Assembly (NCBI GenBank): GCA_910584475.1 | Contig: CAJUBD010000009.1 | Span: 8,866 to 72,865, forward strand | Direction of reading: 5' to 3' | Length of the DNA stretch: 64,000 bases | DNA from: an uncultured Treponema sp. | GTDB lineage: Bacteria; Spirochaetota; Spirochaetia; Treponematales; Treponemataceae | Shown: positions 56,601 to 64,000 of the stretch, piece after piece | Position numbering within the stretch: the first letter of the stretch is position 1 | How the letters are laid out: every line of letters starts with the position of its first letter | Made by a program: the position numbers and the translations under genes | The notes under the pieces: model-generated | Told to the model about the DNA's origin: nothing | Database searches by the model: none | What the model saw: only the letters and a program-made list of their open reading frames with translations

Positions 56601-57459
56601 GGAGTTGTAAGCCTGAATCATTTCCGGCGCTGTCGCAAGTGCTTGTGAAAATCTTCAGGATGTGCTGCTTTTCGTCCAAATCGTAGAGCGCGCATTCTTT
56701 GAGCTTGACAGGAATTTCCCATGAGCGGAGAGCGTCCACCACAATGTCGCTGTCCGAAATTTTGTCGGCTTCGTTCTGCACGATTCGCTTTTTGAAAAGT
56801 TCTTCTTCCGCTCCGTCTTCTTTTATGAGCACTTCGATGTATTTTATGGCGTTTTCCTCGGCAGTCTTTCCTGAGACGGAAAAGTCGCCGGTCAAAAACT
56901 GCGTTACTTTCGTAATGTCCTTATAATCTTCGATATTTTTAAATACACTTGGATATTGTGCTAGTGGTGGCGAGGAAATGGTTATTTTGGGCGCGGATTT
57001 GTCTATGATTACATCGCGGCTTTTGCTGCTTTCCGCCGAGGAATTTCCCGCTTCGTCCAAAGCCTTTACTTCTATCGAAAAAGTTCCGACGCCTGAGATG
57101 GTCGCACTTTTTATGGTCCATTCTGCGCTTTTTTTGCTTTCTTGAATCCACTCTGATTCAGTGTCAGCAACGAATTGATTTGAGTCTTTCGCCTTGTATT
57201 GCCAAGTCGAGCCTTTGTGCCTCCAAGTGTTTCCGTCCAATTCTACTGTTACCGTGCCCACCGCGAAATCGTCTGTGACTATGCCGCGTATGTCAAATTT
57301 TTCTCCCACATTTTCGCGGGCTTCTGGTGAAATTATAGTTACTGTAGGTCCTTTGAGGTCTACCGCGTCTCCCAAACCTGTATTGCACGCGCTGAAAAAA
57401 AGTGCGCTCTGCGCAAAAAGAAAAACTGCGAACGCTTTTAGAAAAACTTTGCCTTTCAT
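53638..57459 (-). CDS. Large surface lipoprotein with Ig-like domains (paralog 2)
   Basis: Lipobox FSAC, GLGDAVDL.GP, repeated D..GN and D...P.I.I.SP motifs. Confidence 0.85.
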   Translation of the reverse strand: MKGKVFLKAFAVFLFAQSALFFSACNTGLGDAVDLKGPTVTIISPEARENVGEKFDIRGIVTDDFAVGTVTVELDGNTWRHKGSTWQYKAKDSNQFVADTESEWIQESKKSAEWTIKSATISGVGTFSIEVKALDEAGNSSAESSKSRDVIIDKSAPKITISSPPLAQYPSVFKNIEDYKDITKVTQFLTGDFSVSGKTAEENAIKYIEVLIKEDGAEEELFKKRIVQNEADKISDSDIVVDALRSWEIPVKLKECALYDLDEKQHILKIFTSTCDSAGNDSGLQLQGYACLWKEADKPWIDIILGDEKNPKNVYAGSSVLGNAYDDTAIKSVIVTIKNANGATIYEDFNEKEIYSASEDAEDENNVYFELPLPENSDTYNVEITATDKNGNKSDTKTGWIKIVDKLFPSVEASHTPGSQSETLFGDANGNFTFTIISKDETKVESLKMAYITNSTDIIEYSNSSSSKWNETTKITGDLKKGKVHEFALNDTGETITENGIKRKIYKNTLKINIFNDLGIDGKDKKLANQTFVFRVEDGDKNALTTTYTIQGDIEAPKIQFTKLEYYSYEGATSITREQEGGEMLPAFGEKTCVKVYGKIGDNSIDIWKDYKKYLALDLTANGHPITASVNADGTFEAEARNLTGASLVFEGNVTDWGGNSQKQKYSFLVDSQTPRVEYISALNKDGFYEAGETIQIFIRFNKKLEFSGNQEITLNNGVKVPRAASQTGIGANDILFEYKIGKNGESVDSLNVTAVSLGTVKNDTADVTAEINKSIQEIIKNASLGKNLAKMKSIGIITSAPQVKDIKFDDSTSILTITYDKAIAKGNGVVTITQQKGASDGVDKVPAVLTEAEGRVLFGKNDKLQDYYELTTNGADSNFKADLTSKYVLKYEYDSNDSKVVAAYEATGAHILSQDVRSQNVSVEDKTVTVTFNSPIPCKGATYKIEVPEGFMQDAKGGSKFKASGKIEPHSTSGVEKPVIRIKKGTTTVNNYAAIQPLTAEFKVDCETPGATVQYQYKEYKRDSFTVIGRGSNTPPDVLPANRNKETKTLSNKVDLQNYLTPVTIGSKDNRHGLEYNIVAEATKGDFPEKANGVAYRTTIEITGVPLPNQDDSRWNKKDGNTTIENNTQNSKGCGLFIRGGDTPTGANSTQGLPTDWDITHNTKTCLLTRNDNTNRNDNTYDYYFVTWAIATDYYFMFLAGLMDEKTISDKDGISQGPYCGIFGQNSWVSFYKNYPVPPGGYAKIDNANHSHDGDQQFKFELETVGKVQKYR

Positions 57460-57480
57460 TTTTTCATCCCTCCTCTTGCA

Positions 57481-60400
57481 TTAATTTGTATATTCTAACA
57501 TTGTGTAATAATCTTTGTTTTTGCAATAATGGTACATTCCATAAGTTACATTGGGGTTCGCAGGATCTTGGAAATTAGTGGCATACGTTTGCAAAGTAAA
57601 GTCGTCATTAATCTGCCAGCTCAGCCAATAAAAGTGCTTGTCGCCATTTGTGTATGCTATCTGATAGTCGCTGGCTTTGTCGCCATTTGCCGTCAAAGGC
57701 CAACCTGCCGTATACGAAGAGCCTTCTGGTATTTGCGAACCATAGATGCGAAGAGGGGTTTTTATTTTATCATCAGCCTTGATTATGTCAGCATTTCTGG
57801 TGCGAGCATTGTTTCTATCAAGGCTCCAATCTAATCTTGTTGTATTCAAATAATAATGTATGACTGTCTTGAACGCGCCTTCCTTTCCTTCGGCACTGTC
57901 TTCCATATTATTTTTCGTAGCCTTTGCCTTGATGTAGATTTTTTCGGCGATTTCCTTGCTTTTCTTTCCGATTGCAATGACTGTGCTAGAGCCTTTTGAG
58001 ATGGTCACGCTGTTGTTTGCATTTATCGCCGCAAAGACACTGCTTGTTATGTCATCGATTCTCGTTGTTTGTTCATCATTTTTAGATAATTTCAATATAT
58101 CCTCTTCTGTAATTGGGGTCGATTCCTTTGAATCTGTACCATACATCACCGTCGCGCCAGGCGTTTCGCAGTCTATCTTGAATGTGGTCTGTGCCGCGCC
58201 ATAGCCTTTTTTGCGCTGCTCATCGTTTGTAGCGGGCGTGAACGGATTTGCTTCTCTGTCATTCGTCGCAGTGCGATTCACGCGGATTACTGGAGTGGCG
58301 ACAGGTCCGACCCAGAATGTATAGGCCGTGCCGTCTAGTTCAAAATCTTTTTCGTTGCTTGAAAGGGTAGAATAATTGTATGCTTCGTCGCGCACCGAGA
58401 AATTTTTCAAAATGATTTTGTATTCCACGCCGTTTACAAGCCCGCCGATAAAGTCGTCATCGGTGATTTCCAGTTCCAAAGAATTGACATTGCTCTTTAT
58501 TCTTGAATAGTCGATTTCCGCCTTGTGGTAGCCGGCGCTTTCCAAAACCGTCCTCAATTTTCCGACCGTTCCCGTAGTGTCGCCGATGTTCAAGTCGTAT
58601 GCCAAGACATATTTCGTCGTGAGGTCTGGAACCATCTTGCCGCCTGATTCCTTTATGCCGTTCGTGTACTGCATGTATGGGCCTTTCGGAATGAGCGTGT
58701 TTTCTATGTATTTTTCGCTGCTCGACAAGTCAGCCGTGCCGCACAAAGTTTTCTTTTGTGCGGAATCTGCCTTTTCGTTGTAGATTTTCAGGAAAACGTC
58801 TTCGCTCAAAACCGGCGGAATGTACCAACCGTCCGTGCGCTGTATTATTACAGTGCCGCTTTCCACAGTGACAGGCTCGTTGAATGTGAAGTTTATCTTG
58901 GCGGATTTGCTGACTTTGTTCACTACGCCGTCCGCGGCAGGCATCATACTTTTTATGTACGGCGCGATTGAGTCGATTTTGTATTGTTTGCTGTTGACTC
59001 CACTTGTGCAATCTTTGCTTATGTTGCCTTCCAAGATCGCGCCATTTTTTTCTATGTTGCCGATTTTGAGATTCGTGCATTCGATATTTTCGGGCACTTT
59101 ATATTCAAAATAAAGCGTGTTTGAATTGTTTCCTTTCGTATATGCCGCGCGTCGGTTTTCTTCGGGCACCTCAGTTCCATCTTTGTATTTGAAATTTGTG
59201 CCCGAAAGTTGGATGTATGGCGCGCCGTTCACATAGACTTTGAAATCAAAATTCGCCTGAAGCCTTATCGTGTCGCCCTTTACGAATGCGGTTTGAGAAT
59301 CGTGGTCGCAAGTTATGCTTTCCAAAACCCCGAACTGGTCGAATTGAATTGTCAGGCTTTCATTTGAAGTGCCGCCAATTTGATCCGTCGCGCTCAAAGT
59401 ATATTTGTAGACTTTTCCGAGGCTTGCCTCATCTTCGTCGAATTTAATTTCGCAGGTTTTGCCGGAATTTTCGGAGTAAAATACATCCTTTCCATTGTCG
59501 CTGCCTTTGACGGAAAATTGCGTGATTTGCAGATTGCTTTCCGAATATGGCTCAATCGTAAATGTCGTTTCCCTGTTGGCGAGCGGCGTGAACATAAAGT
59601 TTTCGGCGGGCGTTTCTACTTTGTCGCTGTTTTTATAGCCTATTTTAAACTTCGGCGCAGAACTTATTTTGCTCATTCGGAAAGTTTTCGTCACTACATT
59701 TCCAGTCGGGTCTTTCGTGGCAATCATAAATACTTTGTTTTCATTGTGAACTTTTCCACTTACAAGAAAATCTTTGAAGAAATTAAATTTTTTGGAGAAT
59801 TCATAAGTGGGCTTGTTTGAAACTTTGTCAGTCGTCGTTGCGGTCAAATTGTATATTTTCATTGTGCCGCTTGTTGCGTCCGCGACAAAGCCGTAAGTTT
59901 TGAAAAAGTCTTCCGCGACCTTAATGTCGTCGTTGCCTTTCGGAAGCCAAGCGATCGCTATTTTGTCCAAATTTTCTTCATTGTCGATGACTTTTCCTTT
60001 TATTTCGAAATTGCCGTTTGCGTCCAAAGCGGGCGCGGAATTCTCTTCAGGCTTATCTACTATTATGATCGGCGCGTCGGCGTTCGTGATGTTGACTGGA
60101 ATCTCCTCGAAATATTTTCCGTCATCTCTGCCGCTTTCGTCTTCGACTTTTACCACGATATAGTATGCGCCAAGGTCGAATTCTTTGGTGTCGATTTCAA
60201 AGCTCAAATCGCGGCTTCCTTTTTCAAAAGTGTAATCGGAAATTGAAACTAAATCTTTGTCGTGGAATTCGTCTTCTTTTACGAGTTTTTCGCTGTATTG
60301 GCATGACTTTATTTTGTCGTCATCGAATATGGTTACGATTATCGGGGAATCTTTTTGAATCCTGATTTGTCCGTCGGATTGCATTGAAGTGAACGAGACA

Positions 60401-61254
60401 TGCGGCTTATTGTATTCGGATTCCCACGCGAAAACGCCGAATTCTTTTTTTGCGGCTTGGTTTCCGGCTTCGTCCGTCACATTGAGCGAGGGCTTTATAT
60501 AATGCAAGCCTTGGAGAATTTGCGAAGGAAGCGTCTCTTCCTTTATCGTAAAGCGCGGAGAATATTTGTTTTCCTGCTCGCCCTCTTGCAAATCTATGGG
60601 GATTTCTTTTTTGATGAGAGTTTCGGCTTTTGTTTCGGGATTCACTTCATAAAGGTCGAGCGAAAGATTTCCGATGCCATAGTTGTCGTCTAGAGACACG
60701 ACTAAAGTGATTTGCTCGTTTTGAAAATTGTCCTTATTTTTCGGCTCGTCCTTTAATTCGGTGAAACCGCCGCTTTCTGTGAATCTTTCGAGCGGATAAA
60801 GCCTTGCCACATAGTCGCCCCGTATGATGGACATTTTGTCCATTTCGGGATTTTGGCTGTCGATGAGAAGCATCACTCGCTGGTGGGATGTATCCGAGCC
60901 GTTTTTCAGCGAGTCGTATGCAAAGGCTTCGAATTCTACTTCATAGTCTCCGTCAAACGAAAAATCGCAATGCCATTTTTCTCCGGCAAGAATCGCCATT
61001 TTTTTGCCGCTTATGGTTTCGCCGTCTTTTTTGTATTTGTATTCGATTTCAACGCTTTGTACTTTTTTGTTGTCGGTAGCAGTTCCTTTCAGAGTGAAAT
61101 TTTTAGGAACAAATGTTCCATGGGCAGGGCTTGTTATTTCTAATAGGGGGGGGGTAAGGTCAATTGATTCGCCAAGTCCTGATGAACAGGAAAAGAGAAA
61201 AAGGCATGCCGCGAAAAATGAGCAGACGCTCACAGCATATTTAAATCTTCTCAT
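57481..61254 (-). CDS. Large surface lipoprotein with Ig-like domains (paralog 1)
   Basis: Lipobox LFSC, GLGESIDL.PP. Shares DLT.KYVL.Y and FK.DCETPGATV.Y with its neighbour. Confidence 0.85.
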   Translation of the reverse strand: MRRFKYAVSVCSFFAACLFLFSCSSGLGESIDLTPPLLEITSPAHGTFVPKNFTLKGTATDNKKVQSVEIEYKYKKDGETISGKKMAILAGEKWHCDFSFDGDYEVEFEAFAYDSLKNGSDTSHQRVMLLIDSQNPEMDKMSIIRGDYVARLYPLERFTESGGFTELKDEPKNKDNFQNEQITLVVSLDDNYGIGNLSLDLYEVNPETKAETLIKKEIPIDLQEGEQENKYSPRFTIKEETLPSQILQGLHYIKPSLNVTDEAGNQAAKKEFGVFAWESEYNKPHVSFTSMQSDGQIRIQKDSPIIVTIFDDDKIKSCQYSEKLVKEDEFHDKDLVSISDYTFEKGSRDLSFEIDTKEFDLGAYYIVVKVEDESGRDDGKYFEEIPVNITNADAPIIIVDKPEENSAPALDANGNFEIKGKVIDNEENLDKIAIAWLPKGNDDIKVAEDFFKTYGFVADATSGTMKIYNLTATTTDKVSNKPTYEFSKKFNFFKDFLVSGKVHNENKVFMIATKDPTGNVVTKTFRMSKISSAPKFKIGYKNSDKVETPAENFMFTPLANRETTFTIEPYSESNLQITQFSVKGSDNGKDVFYSENSGKTCEIKFDEDEASLGKVYKYTLSATDQIGGTSNESLTIQFDQFGVLESITCDHDSQTAFVKGDTIRLQANFDFKVYVNGAPYIQLSGTNFKYKDGTEVPEENRRAAYTKGNNSNTLYFEYKVPENIECTNLKIGNIEKNGAILEGNISKDCTSGVNSKQYKIDSIAPYIKSMMPAADGVVNKVSKSAKINFTFNEPVTVESGTVIIQRTDGWYIPPVLSEDVFLKIYNEKADSAQKKTLCGTADLSSSEKYIENTLIPKGPYMQYTNGIKESGGKMVPDLTTKYVLAYDLNIGDTTGTVGKLRTVLESAGYHKAEIDYSRIKSNVNSLELEITDDDFIGGLVNGVEYKIILKNFSVRDEAYNYSTLSSNEKDFELDGTAYTFWVGPVATPVIRVNRTATNDREANPFTPATNDEQRKKGYGAAQTTFKIDCETPGATVMYGTDSKESTPITEEDILKLSKNDEQTTRIDDITSSVFAAINANNSVTISKGSSTVIAIGKKSKEIAEKIYIKAKATKNNMEDSAEGKEGAFKTVIHYYLNTTRLDWSLDRNNARTRNADIIKADDKIKTPLRIYGSQIPEGSSYTAGWPLTANGDKASDYQIAYTNGDKHFYWLSWQINDDFTLQTYATNFQDPANPNVTYGMYHYCKNKDYYTMLEYTN

Positions 61255-61530
61255 AAAAACACCGCCTATAAAAAAGTCGTCCAGAGAAGCTCAAATTTCA
61301 AGTTTTTTCTATTAATTTATCATCATATATATTATCGGCATAATTTCGGTATTTTAGCACAAGAAAATTAAAAAGTTTTCAATATATATTGTAAGGCATA
61401 ATTCCCAAAAGTCAAGTTTTTTTGAAAGGTTTCGAGAAAAAATCCGCACTCAAAATACGAGTCGACATAATTTTCGATTTTTCTTGGAATTTGTGTAGAA
61501 AAATTATTTTATTTTTTGTATAATTTAAAT

Positions 61531-63540
61531 ATGGCAGAAGAAAAAAAGTCGGAAGACAAGAAAAATAAAAAAGACGAAAAAGATCCGTTTGATTTTTTCA
61601 AACTTTCGGGAGACGGCGAAGGCGACGGCGAAAAGCGCGGCGGACCTTCTGGCCCGCATTTTCCGTTTTGGCTGATAATTCTTGCGGTCGTTTTGATTTT
61701 CGGCTTTTTGAATGTTTTTACTTCGAGAGGCAACGAAAATATAATCGAATTTTCGGAATTCCGCGCGTTGGTTGAAAACGGCACTATAAAAGAAGTCGAG
61801 CTTGGAGACACTTATTTTTATGGATATTTGCAGCAAAAGTCGCAGGCTTCAGACGACGAAGGCGCGCGAAAAGCATTTCCGTTTTCGATGTCGCAAAACA
61901 AAAATCCGGACTTTAAGTCTGTCGGGCTTTTGACGGAAGATTTCATCAAGCTTCTTGATTCGACGGGCGTAAAATACAGCGTCGTTCGCCAGCAAAATGG
62001 CTTTATTTTGCAACTGATTTTGAACATCCTTTTGCCGATTGGACTCATCGCGCTGATGTATTATTTCATTTTCCGCAGGATGGGCGGCGGCGCAGGCGGA
62101 ATGGGAAGCCTTTTCGGAATTGGCGGCGGAAAAAGCAAGGCGGTGGAAGAGGGCAAAGTAAAGACGCGCTTTTCCGATGTCGCCGGCGTGGACGAAGCCA
62201 AAGAAGAATTGGTGGAAGTAGTTGACTTTTTGAAAGAGCCAAAAAAGTACACGGACATCGGCGGAAAAATTCCGAAAGGCGTCTTGCTCGTAGGGCCTCC
62301 GGGCACTGGAAAGACTTTGCTCGCTCGCGCTGTGGCAGGCGAGGCGGGCGTTCCGTTTTTCAGGATTTCTGGTTCGGATTTCGTGGAAATGTTCGTGGGC
62401 GTGGGCGCGAGCCGCGTTCGGGATTTGTTCCGTGCCGCCCGTGAAAAAGCGCCTTGCATAATTTTCATCGATGAAATCGACGCGCTTGGAAAAAACCGCA
62501 TGAACGGATTTGGCGGCGGCAACGACGAGCGCGAGCAGACTTTGAACCAGCTTCTCGTGGAAATGGACGGCTTCGACAATGAAAAAGGCTTGATAATTTT
62601 GGCCGCCACGAACCGTGCCGACATTCTCGACCCTGCGCTTTTGCGCCCTGGACGTTTTGACCGCCATGTTCCCGTGGAAAAGCCTGACGTAAAAGGTCGC
62701 GAGGAAATCTTGAAGATTCATTCCAAAAATGTAAAGCTCGACAACGATGTGAATTTTGAATCTTTGGCGCATGGCACGACTGGATTTGCTGGCGCGGATT
62801 TGGCGAACGTCGTAAATGAAGCCGCCTTGCTCGCAGTCCGCAACGGACGCAAAAAAGTCACTATGGTTGACTTTGACGAGGCGATTGACAAAGTGAGCAT
62901 TGGTCTCAAAAAGAAATCTCGCAAGGACAACGAAAAGGAAATGCGTCTTGTTTCCGTCCACGAAACAGGTCACGCTCTTGTGGGCGCGTTTACGCCGGAT
63001 TATCCGCCCGTGAACAAAATCACTGTAGTGCCTCGAAGCCATGGTATCGGCGGCTTCACACAATACCGCGAGGAAGAAGAAAAGAATTTCAGGACGCGGA
63101 AAGATATGCTGAATGAAGTGGACACGATGCTCGGAGGACGCGCCGCGGAAGAAGTGATTTTGGGCGACATTTCCACTGGAGCGTCGAACGACATTGCGCA
63201 CGCCACAGACACAATCAAGCGAATGATTGTGGATTTCGGAATGAGCGACAAGTTCAAGAACATGACGCTCGGAAAAGGCGTTTTGGGAAACTCAGGCGGC
63301 GAGCCGGTTCTAGTGCGCGAGTTCAGCGAGGAAACTCAGAAATTTATCGATGAGGAAATCGCGCGAATAGTGAACGAGCGTTACAATCATGTTTTGGAAA
63401 TCATAAAGAGCCACAAAACTTTGGCGGAATACATCGCGAATCGCTTGCTCGAAATCGAAACGATGGACGGAAAGGAATTCTACGAAATCGTGAACGCGGA
63501 AAAGCATTGTGCCGAACTTGAAAATAAAGCCAATGTTTAA
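61531..63540 (+). CDS. ftsH: ATP-dependent zinc metalloprotease FtsH
   Basis: Two TMs, [30 protein letters not shown]. Confidence 0.97.
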   Translation: MAEEKKSEDKKNKKDEKDPFDFFKLSGDGEGDGEKRGGPSGPHFPFWLIILAVVLIFGFLNVFTSRGNENIIEFSEFRALVENGTIKEVELGDTYFYGYLQQKSQASDDEGARKAFPFSMSQNKNPDFKSVGLLTEDFIKLLDSTGVKYSVVRQQNGFILQLILNILLPIGLIALMYYFIFRRMGGGAGGMGSLFGIGGGKSKAVEEGKVKTRFSDVAGVDEAKEELVEVVDFLKEPKKYTDIGGKIPKGVLLVGPPGTGKTLLARAVAGEAGVPFFRISGSDFVEMFVGVGASRVRDLFRAAREKAPCIIFIDEIDALGKNRMNGFGGGNDEREQTLNQLLVEMDGFDNEKGLIILAATNRADILDPALLRPGRFDRHVPVEKPDVKGREEILKIHSKNVKLDNDVNFESLAHGTTGFAGADLANVVNEAALLAVRNGRKKVTMVDFDEAIDKVSIGLKKKSRKDNEKEMRLVSVHETGHALVGAFTPDYPPVNKITVVPRSHGIGGFTQYREEEEKNFRTRKDMLNEVDTMLGGRAAEEVILGDISTGASNDIAHATDTIKRMIVDFGMSDKFKNMTLGKGVLGNSGGEPVLVREFSEETQKFIDEEIARIVNERYNHVLEIIKSHKTLAEYIANRLLEIETMDGKEFYEIVNAEKHCAELENKANV

Positions 63541-63781
63541 AATTGTCGCTAAAATAGCGCGACAATTTTAACTTTGAGTTTTGTTGGTGCAGAGCACCTT
63601 ACCGAAAACTCGTTTATTCATTGTGCTTTTCGCTTGAAACTTCGCGCTCTTTGCGAAGGCATTTCATTGCGAAACAAGTTTTTCTACGAGTCGAAAGTTT
63701 CAATTTTTGACTCGTAGAAAAATTAAGTAAAGAATATTTCAAAGTTGAAAAACTTAATTTTTATTGTTAGCTGGAGCGATT

Positions 63782-64000
63782 ATGAAAATTTATAAATTGG
63801 GCGAAGATGTTTTGACGAAAAAATCTCTCCCGATTCCGCAGGAAGAAATCAATGACGATTTGAAAAAACTCGCCGAGGAAATGCTTGAAACAATGATAAG
63901 CGCGAACGGCGTTGGTTTGGCGTGCCCGCAAATCGGACAAAGCCGAAGAATGTTCGTGGCGATGGCGGACGACGAAGTGAAGCGCGTTTTCATAAATCCG
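63782..64000 (+). CDS. def: Peptide deformylase (partial, runs off window)
   Basis: MKIYKLGEDVL...MLETM...GVGLACPQIG...VFINP; GGAG RBS. Confidence 0.92.
   Translation, partial: MKIYKLGEDVLTKKSLPIPQEEINDDLKKLAEEMLETMISANGVGLACPQIGQSRRMFVAMADDEVKRVFINP

Noticed and set aside
1..64000. CRISPR arrays, tRNA or rRNA genes, reverse transcriptase or tyrosine integrase
   Set aside because: No regularly spaced repeat-spacer array, cloverleaf or diagnostic motifs were seen by eye. A tRNAscan/Infernal/HMM run would be needed to exclude them fully.

Overview
The window looks like a Treponema-type spirochete chromosome, based on a class I LysRS, FliS/FlgN with a sigma28 promoter and many spirochetal lipoproteins. 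Positions 1 to about 32,514 are the right part of a large conjugative element with an MPF-T/Trb-type secretion system. It carries a polyvalent N6-methyltransferase, an ArdC-like gene, a PilZ protein, an HTH-HTH-MazF-like fusion, traG-RHH-trbBCDEJL, trbFGI, a giant Ig-like lipoprotein, a MOBP-type relaxase with a good oriT candidate and topoisomerase III. No tyrosine or serine integrase is visible. The element instead ends with an ISNCY/IS1202-like DDE transposase and a TGACA terminus with subterminal repeats, directly beside a DnaA-box cluster. Its trbE/virB4 carries an in-frame amber stop. Positions ~32.9-64 kb hold chromosomal genes (ilvC, lysS, REC-EAL, Hpt, flgN, fliS, two giant paralogous lipoproteins, ftsH, def). 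They also include a small variable islet (~41.8-48.6 kb) with a decayed toxin-antitoxin pair, a poly-G phase-OFF lipoprotein, a structured-leader/HNH operon and a PIN toxin-antitoxin pair. All family calls come from motif recognition by eye; no database searches were run.
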